From contig CAZETV010000001.1 of assembly GCA_964514965.1 (NCBI GenBank), positions 813,063 through 845,062 on the forward strand: 32,000 bases of DNA, in the 5' to 3' direction. Below are positions 17,559 to 25,112 of this stretch, piece by piece. The notes below the pieces were generated by a model that was not told the origin of the DNA, did no database searches, and saw only the letters and a program-made list of their open reading frames with translations. Position numbers and translations under genes: made by a program. Every line of letters starts with the position of its first letter. Positions within the stretch are counted from its first letter, which is position 1. Origin of the DNA: Candidatus Hadarchaeota archaeon. Lineage in GTDB: Archaea > Hadarchaeota > Hadarchaeia > Hadarchaeales > Hadarchaeaceae.

Positions 17559-17861
17559 TTACTTCCCGAGTACTATTTCTATGGTCGAAACGCTGACTAC
17601 ACCGCGCTCGCCTTTAAGCTCTTCGGTTCCAATCGAAATGTTTTGCACAGATAGTCCCTGCAAGAAGCGGTTCCTGACTATCTCCGCAACATCGACGGCC
17701 CTGCTAATCGATTTACCTCGTGCTTTTAGGGTGACGTCTTTTCCGCCTTGATTGAACTGCGTTATCACTGCAAGCACGTAATTCATCACTGGTTTCACCC
17801 CAATAAAAACGGTGCTTTCCGCAACGGGTGTTTCTTTAACCGCAGGTTTCTCTTCAGCCAT
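17559..17861 (-). CDS. albA: DNA/RNA-binding protein Alba
   Basis: [49 protein letters not shown]. Confidence 0.96.
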   Translation of the reverse strand: MAEEKPAVKETPVAESTVFIGVKPVMNYVLAVITQFNQGGKDVTLKARGKSISRAVDVAEIVRNRFLQGLSVQNISIGTEELKGERGVVSVSTIEIVLGK

Positions 17862-18000
17862 TGTACCTTTCCTCCCTTGTTTTTGTCAATCCATTTACTT
17901 TCAGCTTTAATAAATACCTTTGGGAGTATGCTTTTGGTCTTCATAAATAAATTTTGGTTCTATTTCACGTCTAAAATAAATTTTTAAGTTTATTTTCGGT

Positions 18001-18060
18001 CTTTATAAATCCCGAGATCGTGGCACGGGGCACGAAAAGGTTAAATCTTTACTTGTAAAG
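18001..18060 (+). promoter_or_regulatory. Putative promoter/operator of the Lrp-like gene: TATA-like CTTTATAAAT and palindrome CTTTAC-TT-GTAAAG (18047-18060)
   Basis: Sequence motifs upstream of the 18074/18086 start. Confidence 0.5.
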
Positions 18061-18073
18061 TTCGGTTTGGCAT

Positions 18074-18565
18074 TTGATGATCCCCATGTCGGATGAAACC
18101 GAGTTGACTGAACGCCAGCTCTCTATCTTGCGCAAGCTCTTCAACGAGGGCAAGCTGATGCGGGTTCGTAGGGTCAAGAAAACGCAATCAACCTTGGCTA
18201 GGGAGCTCGGAATAACCCGGCAGGCGCTCAGTAGTCATTTGCGGGAGCTACGTGAGCTTGAGTTATTGAAATCTGGTAGAGGATTTATCGATCTCTCGGA
18301 AAAAGCTAGGCGCGTTCTCAGGGAAGGTCCAACTCAGGCCTTCGTGTTTGCCAAAATCGAGCCAAAGCAGAGGCATGACGTCTACAAGGAGATAATGTCG
18401 CTGGATGTGTTGCAGGCATTCCGCGTGACAGGGGATGTAGATTTGATTATTGTGGTGGATCGGCAAAAATTGGACAAAGTTTTGAAGGTGCTCTCGGGTA
18501 TCAATGGCGTAAAAGGAACTTCCGCTCATCTTGTGCTCTCTACGCTGGTCGAAGGGAAGTTTTAA
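18074..18565 (+). CDS. Lrp/AsnC-like transcriptional regulator (HTH plus ligand-binding-like domain)
   Basis: STLARELGITRQALSSHLRELRELELL; VLQAFRVTGDVDLIIVVDRQKLDKVLKVLSGINGV. Confidence 0.8.
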   Translation: MMIPMSDETELTERQLSILRKLFNEGKLMRVRRVKKTQSTLARELGITRQALSSHLRELRELELLKSGRGFIDLSEKARRVLREGPTQAFVFAKIEPKQRHDVYKEIMSLDVLQAFRVTGDVDLIIVVDRQKLDKVLKVLSGINGVKGTSAHLVLSTLVEGKF

Positions 18566-19005
18566 CGCTTTTTAGCGGTCTTTTTCGTGAGTTCTACCAT
18601 TCTCCGTTCGATTCGGTCTCGCAGCTCATCGAGGTTCCCCTCGCCGCGAGCTAGCGTAACGTAGTCCAACAGGTCATCCACCATGAGTTCAGCTGTCTCG
18701 GCCTCTAGAACTCCCGCATAAACAGCTAATTCTATAGTGTAGAAAGAGCGCATGACGGCGTCGCGCCCTATCCGCCAACGTTTCCAAGCTCCAGGCCTCT
18801 GCATACGAAGCCTTTTTGCGAGTTCTTCGAAGGTCGCACCTTCGCTCCAATAGTGCATGAGCATCGTTTTGAGCGTCTTTTCGTCTAGATGAGACCGCTC
18901 AAGCAACGCTCGCGCGAGCAGATTTTCCTGCATCCATTTTTCGGCCCTGGCGAATTCCTCCCTCGGCATTTTAGTCCCCCATATGTTTCCATTTTTTGGA
19001 AACAA
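18562..19005 (-). CDS. Uncharacterised protein with HTH-like segment (start may be internal)
   Basis: ORF of 147 aa; ATFEELAKRLRMQRPGAWKRWRIGRDAVMR looks helix-turn-helix-like; 3' end overlaps the convergent Lrp-like gene by 4 nt. Confidence 0.55.
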   Translation of the reverse strand: MFPKNGNIWGTKMPREEFARAEKWMQENLLARALLERSHLDEKTLKTMLMHYWSEGATFEELAKRLRMQRPGAWKRWRIGRDAVMRSFYTIELAVYAGVLEAETAELMVDDLLDYVTLARGEGNLDELRDRIERRMVELTKKTAKKR

Positions 19006-19030
19006 ATAAATACCTGTTGGGTGGTGGGGC

Positions 19031-19909
19031 TCATATTAAGAAAGAAAATATTCGTTTAAAGAAGGAGCGTTTGTTTGCTTTCTTCACCACGCGCGCGTCA
19101 ATCGGCACATCTATCTCAGAGGCATAGTGTATGGCGTTGCTTGCGGCTTTCAAGGCTAACCTCGGAATCCCCTTACTGAGCTTGTAAAGTGATTTAAAGC
19201 CTTTTGAAGTCAGTAAATCGTTGTAATCGGCACATCCAGCGTTTTTGAGGCGCAATTCGAGCATTTCTTTTAGATTTTTCTTGCTCATTGGCTTTAGTTG
19301 GATTTTTGTTTGGATGCGGTCGGCCAGAGCTGGTGCCCTTGCTAGAAAGCGCTCCATTCTCTTGAGTTCGCCGTTGATCAGGATCGAGATATTTGGAATA
19401 TCGGCCAGCACGCGCAAAAATTCTCCAACCTCTAATGCGTCTGCGCCGCTCTCAGGGAGGTCGTCTATGATTATCGCTAGACGCTCTGGGTGTTCTTGGG
19501 GCCATCGGCGCAGAAATTCGAAGAGATTCTCCCTTTCTTTGCTGGCGTCCATCTCAAGTCCCAGAATTATCGCGCGCAATAGCTCATCGGCTGATTTGTA
19601 TGCGGCGCCGTGGATGAAAACGGGTATAATCTGTTTTGAGGGGTCGGGTTCAGTTAGATTCTCTTCCTTCAGCGATGCGACTAAAAACTCGCACACGGTA
19701 GTTTTGCCAGTTCCTAAACCGCCTGTGAGAACACCGACTTTGCCGCCATAAAACAAACGTTCGAGTTTGCGTAGGTCTTTACGCTGGAATGGGGCAAAAG
19801 CTTCGATGGATGGCAGCTCGAGCTTGAATGGGTCATCCTGCATCCCCCAGTTCCAGATATAACTCTCGAAAAGCCGATCTCGGCCGATTTTTTTATCGAA
19901 AGTGGTCAT
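19031..19909 (-). CDS. AAA+ ATPase, ExeA/TniB-like
   Basis: Walker A GGLGTGKTT, Walker B LAIIIDDLPE, C-terminal KLSKGIPRLALKAASNAIHYA; 4-nt overlap with upstream HTH-HNH gene. Confidence 0.75.
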   Translation of the reverse strand: MTTFDKKIGRDRLFESYIWNWGMQDDPFKLELPSIEAFAPFQRKDLRKLERLFYGGKVGVLTGGLGTGKTTVCEFLVASLKEENLTEPDPSKQIIPVFIHGAAYKSADELLRAIILGLEMDASKERENLFEFLRRWPQEHPERLAIIIDDLPESGADALEVGEFLRVLADIPNISILINGELKRMERFLARAPALADRIQTKIQLKPMSKKNLKEMLELRLKNAGCADYNDLLTSKGFKSLYKLSKGIPRLALKAASNAIHYASEIDVPIDARVVKKANKRSFFKRIFSFLI

Positions 19910-20682
19910 CTTGCCAGCCTCACGTGCAGTTCAAACCCCCCGTTTTTGCTCAAAATGTAACCGCAAGTACTCATTCGTTCGCAAAATGTTCTGGCAACAT
20001 CTTCGGGGCAATGAACTCGTGCAGTCAAATCCTCCAGCGTAAAGCTCTTGAGCACGGCAGTAGCTGAGAGCAGGTCCCCAAACAAGGTGCGCTGGGCCAG
20101 TCCAGTTGGCTTGAGGTCGTCTAAGACCTTGTGGCGAGGTAGTTCGGCCGCTTCTGGCACTGGAGGGGGCTGAATTTTAGCGGGTTTTTCGGTCTTTGGG
20201 GCCGGTACCTCCTCCGGTTTTGTGCTTGGTTTGGGAGTTGGCACTTTGTGTACATGTTTATGCACTAGGTTGTAACACTTCTGGCAAAGTGTGACTAGGT
20301 TATCAGGGTCGTTTTGGCTTGTTCCATTCTTGTGGTGCACCTCCAGTAGCTCCTTTCCCCCGCATTCTTGGCAGGTATAGTTGTCTCTGATGATTACGGC
20401 TTTTCTTACCAGTTCCCAATCATCCCGATGATAAGAGAAAACATAGTTCAAAAAGGAGGAGAGGGCTTCATCCTTCGAGATTGTGGTGAGAGAAGACGTG
20501 GGAGCGGTAGAAGAGCCCCGAATTAGACGATTTATCTCGCTTTCGGGTATCCTTCTTTGCCCTCCTTGGGGCCGCACAACTTTGATTTTTTCCTGTTTAT
20601 CCCACAATCTAATCGTGTTGGGATGTACTCCAAGTATTTTGCACGCTTCTTTCATTTTGTAGAGTTTTTCCTTTTGTTCCAC
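19906..20682 (-). CDS. MerR-type HTH fused to HNH nuclease-like domain (probable GTG start 20682 with GGTGAG upstream; track ORF extends to 20709)
   Basis: MKEACKILGVHPNTIRLWDKQEKIKVVRPQGGQRRIPESEINRLI then CQECGGKELLEVHHKNGTSQNDPDNLVTLCQKCYNLVHKH; long C-terminal region of unknown type. Confidence 0.8.
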   Translation of the reverse strand: MEQKEKLYKMKEACKILGVHPNTIRLWDKQEKIKVVRPQGGQRRIPESEINRLIRGSSTAPTSSLTTISKDEALSSFLNYVFSYHRDDWELVRKAVIIRDNYTCQECGGKELLEVHHKNGTSQNDPDNLVTLCQKCYNLVHKHVHKVPTPKPSTKPEEVPAPKTEKPAKIQPPPVPEAAELPRHKVLDDLKPTGLAQRTLFGDLLSATAVLKSFTLEDLTARVHCPEDVARTFCERMSTCGYILSKNGGFELHVRLAR

Positions 20683-20696
20683 TATCTCACCTTTTC

Positions 20697-20820
20697 TAAC
20701 AATAACCAACAGATTTTAACAATACATAGATATAAAGTTAACGGCGGTTCTTAACAAAAATAACCTAAACTTTACTAAAAAGTTAACAATTGGAAGTTTT
20801 TGTTAGAATTTGTTAACAAT
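20697..20820. repeat. Copy 1 of a ~115-bp AT-rich element (repeat A)
   Basis: Shares AACAATAA, TATAAAGTTAAC, TTAACAAAAA, TTAACAA, GGAA and TTTTGTTAGAATTTGT in order with 21784-21896. Confidence 0.7.
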
Positions 20821-20940
20821 ATCAAAACGCGGAATTATCGGTGACATGATTTTCACTTTGGGGCAAAGAAGCATGAACGATTTAATGTGTGGCCTGTAGT
20901 TGGTTATGGAATGACGTTGAGGGTAATATTTTCTGAGGTC

Positions 20941-21668
20941 TTTTCAGCACAAGGGACTCGTTGGGATTGACTTCGGCGGTAGGTAGAAATGGCGTGATGA
21001 TTCATCATACGATGTAATCCTGGTTAGCGGCATCGAATTCTACGCGGCGTGGTCCTAAATGAGGCGCTTTACAAGAGGAAATTTTGGTTATTTTCACGGC
21101 TTAGGCCTTTTGCTGCTTTTGGGTGCAGCTGATCCCGGGTCGAGGACAAAATCCTCTCGGTGGTGGTGGGTATCCCCCCATGCCTTGGGACAGAAACCCG
21201 CCACGTTTCGAGGCGGGGTCTAAAGCCGCTTTCTTCCTTGTGCTTGCGTACTTGCCAGATGACCTCTAGCTAAGAAGTGACAGAACTTGGAGTCAGCGAT
21301 TTATACTTAATAATGATTCATGAAGTGAAATCCGTCTCTTACTGGATTGACCAATAACTATTCCCCCCTGGATTCCTCTGTAGTGCGGGGATACCCAGCT
21401 GCAGCTTGGGGTATTGATATCACAAGACCTTGGAAGTGTCTCCAGTGAAAAGGGGATGTACGACTTGCTGGTTGGAACCAAAATTTGGAGAGGGATATTT
21501 TGGAGGTATTGAGGTTCGAGGGAAGCCGGCATTGGTGTGGCCTCGGCCGCGTGAATAAGTTCCTTAATGGGTCCAAGAGTCCGTAATCGCAAGTGTTATT
21601 GATGGGGAAACAGCTTAAGGCTAAGTCGCGGCATATTCCCCCTCGAAGAACTCAGGGGCGCTGAATCT
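20941..21668. ncRNA. Candidate structured noncoding region / ncRNA (strand unresolved)
   Basis: No convincing ORF; multiple hairpins: GCTGC/GCAGC 21112-21129, GAGGA/TCCTC 21142-21156, CCCGCC/GGCGGG 21197-21217, ATACCC/GGGTAT 21391-21414; longer-range TTCGAGGG/CCCTCGAA 21515-21522/21640-21647 and TTCAGC/GCTGAA 20943-20948/21660-21665. Confidence 0.4.
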
Positions 21669-21783
21669 TTAAAGATATTTTAAATCTCAATTTGATCGGT
21701 CAAAACAGAGGATACCCTAATCCTTACATTTTCTCCCATATTCTTTTACAACTTGTTTGTTTCGACTATTATTTTACATTTTT

Positions 21784-21896
21784 TAACAATAATCTACAAA
21801 TTCTAACGATAAATAAAAATATAAAGTTAACTAATTTTAACAAAAAATATGTTAAATAATTAACAAGTCTGGAAACTTTTGTTAGAATTTGTAAAA
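21784..21896. repeat. Copy 2 of the ~115-bp AT-rich element (repeat A)
   Basis: See copy 1; also carries perfect 13-nt inverted repeat TACAAATTCTAAC (21795-21807) / GTTAGAATTTGTA (21881-21893). Confidence 0.7.
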
Positions 21897-21902
21897 TGCC
21901 GT

Positions 21903-22928
21903 CTAACAAATTCTGGGTGCCGGGTCCCCGATTGGCGACTCCAGCAGGCGCCGTCCGCCGACAATCGTTTCAAGCATAACGTCGCCAGGGTGGGTAGTTG
22001 TCGTTACTTCCCCTATCACGCACGCTTCTTTCCCGTACCTTGTTTTTCGAATTGCGGCGAGGACATCATCGCAGCGCCCGGATTCAGCCCCGATTATGGC
22101 TTTTCCCTCGTTCGTTATCTGAAAAGGGTCTATGCCGAGCATCTCGCTCATTGACCTGACTGCGGGCAGGAGGGGGACATCGGCTTCTCTTATGAGTATC
22201 CTGACATTTGCTTTCGAGGTCATATCGTTGAGCGCGGCCGCCAGGCCCCCGCGAGTCGGGTCTTTCATTGCCGTTATTCCGCCGACTTTCAGTGCGGCTT
22301 CGATAGTCTCCCAGATAGGTGCGATGTCCGAGCGGAGGTCGACATCAGCGCCGATGCCTTCCCGGTGGGCCATAATCGTGATGCCGTGGTCTCCGATAGT
22401 CCCCGTTGTGATAATCTTGTCTCCGGGGTTGAGTCCGTGGTCGGTCACTAAGGTTTCAGCCATACCAACCCCCGTACTTGTAAGCACAGCACCGTCGAGC
22501 GCACCCCGTTCCATCACCTTTGTGTCGCCGGTTATCAGCGGGACTTTTGCCTCTCTTGCGGTGGCGTCTATCGATCGACAAATTTTTCGGAAATCTTCGA
22601 CCAAAAAGCCCTCCTCGAGCACGATTGCACAGGCCATCGCGAGCGGTCGAGCCCCCATCACCGCTAGGTCGTTGACGGTACCTGCAATCGCGAGTCTGCC
22701 GATGTCGCCTCCAGGGAAGAAAAGCGGCTTGATGGTGTGGGAATCGGTCGTAAGCACGAGGGTTTTATCGCCAATCGATATCGTCGCGCCGTCGTCAAGC
22801 TCATCAAGCCCTATTTCTCCCGCGCGCTTCAGCGAGAGTTCCTTGAGAGCGACATCCGCGATGAGTTTCATCATCGCCTTGCCGCCAGCACCGTGTGCTA
22901 GCGAGATTTTTTCTCCTGACGTTTTCAC
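21903..22928 (-). CDS. hypE: Hydrogenase maturation protein HypE
   Basis: LAHGAGGKAM, DDGATISIGDKTLVLTTDSHTIKPLFFPGGDIGRLAIAGTVNDLAVMGA; C-terminal PRIC. Confidence 0.96.
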   Translation of the reverse strand: MKTSGEKISLAHGAGGKAMMKLIADVALKELSLKRAGEIGLDELDDGATISIGDKTLVLTTDSHTIKPLFFPGGDIGRLAIAGTVNDLAVMGARPLAMACAIVLEEGFLVEDFRKICRSIDATAREAKVPLITGDTKVMERGALDGAVLTSTGVGMAETLVTDHGLNPGDKIITTGTIGDHGITIMAHREGIGADVDLRSDIAPIWETIEAALKVGGITAMKDPTRGGLAAALNDMTSKANVRILIREADVPLLPAVRSMSEMLGIDPFQITNEGKAIIGAESGRCDDVLAAIRKTRYGKEACVIGEVTTTTHPGDVMLETIVGGRRLLESPIGDPAPRIC

Positions 22929-23290
22929 ACCCCTTTCTTTTCCAATTTTACATCAACAATCTCAAGTTCCTGACCCGAAGTGAGAGAAATTTCATGCCCG
23001 CCACATTTCGGGCAGGGGATTCCTAGCTCGGGTTCGGGGATATGGATATCAATGGAGCTTGCCTCACCCGAGTACCCACACCCACATTTGATCGTAATCG
23101 GTACCCGGGAGATGTTAAATTTTGTTAAGTTTAATTCATCGCCCCCGAGTTTATTTAACCATAACTGCAGGGAGTCCGGCTCGTTTATCTCGCCCACCCG
23201 CAGGTTAACTTCCAGCACCCGTGCGCCGTTTTCGGTCGCTATCTGACGGACGGCTTTTAATACACGCTTCGCAAGTTCGATTTCATGCAC
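22925..23290 (-). CDS. hypA: Hydrogenase maturation nickel metallochaperone HypA (GTG start 23290)
   Basis: HEIELAKRVLKAV...VNLRVGEINEPDSLQLW...CGCGYSGEA..CPKCGGHEISLTSGQELEI. Confidence 0.92.
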   Translation of the reverse strand: MHEIELAKRVLKAVRQIATENGARVLEVNLRVGEINEPDSLQLWLNKLGGDELNLTKFNISRVPITIKCGCGYSGEASSIDIHIPEPELGIPCPKCGGHEISLTSGQELEIVDVKLEKKGV

Positions 23291-23510
23291 CGCTTTCACC
23301 CGCAGCGACTTCTTCCCACGCGCTGAGTATCTCTTTCGCCTTAGCTTCGTCGAGAATCTGGATGGCGTATCCGACATGGACGAGCACATAATCGCCCTCC
23401 TGCACGTTACTAAGCAGGTCTAGCTTAACCTCCCGCCGCACGCCACCGAAGTCAACGGTCGCAATTTGCTCCCCGATTTTCAAAACTTTCCCTGGAATCG
23501 CGAGACACAT
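23283..23510 (-). CDS. hypC: Hydrogenase assembly chaperone HypC
   Basis: MCLAIPGKVLKIGEQIATVDFGGVRREVKLDLL...GDYVLVHVGYAIQILDE. Confidence 0.97.
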   Translation of the reverse strand: MCLAIPGKVLKIGEQIATVDFGGVRREVKLDLLSNVQEGDYVLVHVGYAIQILDEAKAKEILSAWEEVAAGESGA

Positions 23511-23582
23511 TCGACTTCCCCTTAGCTATCTTGATTAGATTAACTTTTTCAATGCTTATGGAGTTTATGTATAGTGATTTCC

Positions 23583-24278
23583 GTGACGGTGAAGTTCGAC
23601 TTTCACACTCACACGCTTTACTCGGACGGCGTGAGCACAGCCGCGGCGATGGTTGAGGCAGCGGAGGCGCAGGGGTTGGGAGCTGTTGCCCTCACAGACC
23701 ACGGACACGAAGCTAGTGTGGGTGTTCCCCGAGAGAAATTTGCCCAAATGTTGCAGGACGTTGAACTAGCGCGCGAGGACGCGGGAATCCCGGTTTTGGC
23801 CGGAATTGAGGCGAACGTGGTGGACGAGTGGGGGGGAATTGATGGTGAAGATGAGTCTTTCCGAAAGCTCGACATCTTGCTGGTAGGTATCCACAGGCTG
23901 GGCAGGGCGAGGGATCCAGCCGAGCTCGCCAGGGATTACCTGAGCAGGGCAACGAACGTGATTGAGCACCATAAGTTTGACGTTTTTGCCCATCCTTTTT
24001 ATTTTCATCAATATCTAGTACCTAACCTTCTACCGGAAGACCTCGAGGATTTCGTGAGGCTCGCGGCCCGGCATGATGTCGCAATAGAAATCAACATAAA
24101 ATACCGGACACCCGACGAGGAGTTCTTGAAGCTCTGCCTGCGCGAGGGGGTAAAGCTGAGCATAGGCACCGATGCTCACACCACGGGTGAGGTTGGCAGG
24201 GTCGATTGGGCGCTTGGGTTACTCAGGCGAATAGGAGCGAAACGTGAAGACCTAATTTTGAATAGATTTTTGAGGTGA
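23583..24278 (+). CDS. PHP-domain metal-dependent phosphoesterase family protein
   Basis: FDFHTHTLYSDGVSTAAAMVEAAEAQGLGAVALTDHGH...GTDAHTTGEVGRV. Confidence 0.85.
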   Translation: MTVKFDFHTHTLYSDGVSTAAAMVEAAEAQGLGAVALTDHGHEASVGVPREKFAQMLQDVELAREDAGIPVLAGIEANVVDEWGGIDGEDESFRKLDILLVGIHRLGRARDPAELARDYLSRATNVIEHHKFDVFAHPFYFHQYLVPNLLPEDLEDFVRLAARHDVAIEINIKYRTPDEEFLKLCLREGVKLSIGTDAHTTGEVGRVDWALGLLRRIGAKREDLILNRFLR

Positions 24279-24282
24279 GGAC

Positions 24283-24762
24283 GTGCCGCTTGAGCTTTCT
24301 TCCTTTTTGTACGGTGCGGACCGCGTGGCGATTGTCGGTGTTGGGAGTGGTATGCGGGGGGACGATGCGGCTGGAATCGAGGTCGTACGCGGGCTGAGGC
24401 ATAAGCTCAAGTCGTCGAAGTTACTTTTGGTCGAGGGCGGGGTGGCGCCTGAAAACTTTACCTCGCATATCCGACGATTTAAACCATCTCACGTGATTTT
24501 TATCGACGCAACCGATTTCGGCGCTGAACTTGGCGAAGTGATTTTAGCAGAACCCGAGGCCATCACCGGCCAGTCCATCTCGACCCACACACTCCCACTT
24601 TCCATGCTGGCGGGATATCTTCGGGAACAAACGGGGGCGAAAATAATGCTCCTGGGGATCCAGCCGGCAAAGGCGCAGATAGGAGCGGAGATGAGTAAGC
24701 CGATAAAGGACGCGGTTGAGAAAGTCAGTAGAGCTTTGTCGATGGAACTTAGCTCATTTTAG
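24283..24762 (+). CDS. Hydrogenase maturation protease (HycI/HyaD-like, GTG start)
   Basis: VAIVGVGSGMRGDDAAGIEVVRGL...FIDATDFG...STHTLPLSMLAGYL...LLGIQP. Confidence 0.9.
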   Translation: MPLELSSFLYGADRVAIVGVGSGMRGDDAAGIEVVRGLRHKLKSSKLLLVEGGVAPENFTSHIRRFKPSHVIFIDATDFGAELGEVILAEPEAITGQSISTHTLPLSMLAGYLREQTGAKIMLLGIQPAKAQIGAEMSKPIKDAVEKVSRALSMELSSF

Positions 24763-24785
24763 GTTGTTTTAATCGTGCGCGGGCA

Positions 24786-25112
24786 TCATTCGGACTTAGC
24801 TTGCTGTATGTTGTAGGTCGCGAGTTCGAAATCTTTGGTCATGGTGATCGCGCGTGTCGGACAGGCCTCAGCGCACTCCCCGCAGAAGACGCATCGTCCA
24901 AGCCATATACTCGGTTTTTTGGTTTCCTTGCTTACTGTGATCGCTCGGACTGGGCAGGTTCTTATGCAAAGCCAGCACTGAATGCACCGCTCCTTATCAA
25001 TTAATGGGCGCCCACGGTATCCCTCGGGGGGCTCAACCCTCACGTAGGGGTACTTCACCGTGGCGGGTTTGCGAAATAGGTTCCGGAGCACCTGGGGGAG
25101 TATTCGGGGCAT
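24786..25112 (-). CDS. mbhN: Membrane-bound hydrogenase ferredoxin-type subunit (MbhN/NuoI-like)
   Basis: CIQCWLCIRTCPVRAI...CVFCGECAEACPTRAI; last gene of the cluster. Confidence 0.85.
   Translation of the reverse strand: MPRILPQVLRNLFRKPATVKYPYVRVEPPEGYRGRPLIDKERCIQCWLCIRTCPVRAITVSKETKKPSIWLGRCVFCGECAEACPTRAITMTKDFELATYNIQQAKSE

Noticed and set aside
20040-20100. PIP box QRTLFGDL in the HTH-HNH protein
   Set aside because: Lacks the aromatic residues at positions 7-8 and is internal; too weak to report as a clamp-binding motif.
19906-20709. IS607 TnpA resolvase of an IS607/TnpB element
   Set aside because: Only the MerR-like HTH head matches; the catalytic resolvase domain is absent and replaced by HNH, and no TnpB/IscB gene is present.
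21070-21300. GAGGAAA (21076) and ACAGAAA/ACAGAAC (21190, 21281) reminiscent of RNase P RNA conserved regions
   Set aside because: The canonical contexts (GAGGAAAGUCC and ACAGAANNYGGCUUA) are not matched and the P4 pairing cannot be built by eye; a covariance-model search is required before any such call.
21438-21456. TCTCCAGTGAAAAGGGG resembling an archaeal origin recognition box near an AAA+ gene
   Set aside because: Only a partial match, no clear multi-copy ORB array, and the AAA+ protein does not look like Orc1/Cdc6; retained only as an alternative explanation for the noncoding region.
21293-21592. 99-aa minus-strand ORF inside the noncoding region
   Set aside because: Composition looks non-protein-like, overlaps hairpins, and no family is recognisable.
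20820-21780. Signal recognition particle (7S) RNA
   Set aside because: I could not find the conserved helix 8 motif (AGGYCYGGAAGGGAGCA-like) on either strand.
22132-22983. 283-aa plus-strand ORF opposite hypE
   Set aside because: Antisense shadow ORF of hypE.
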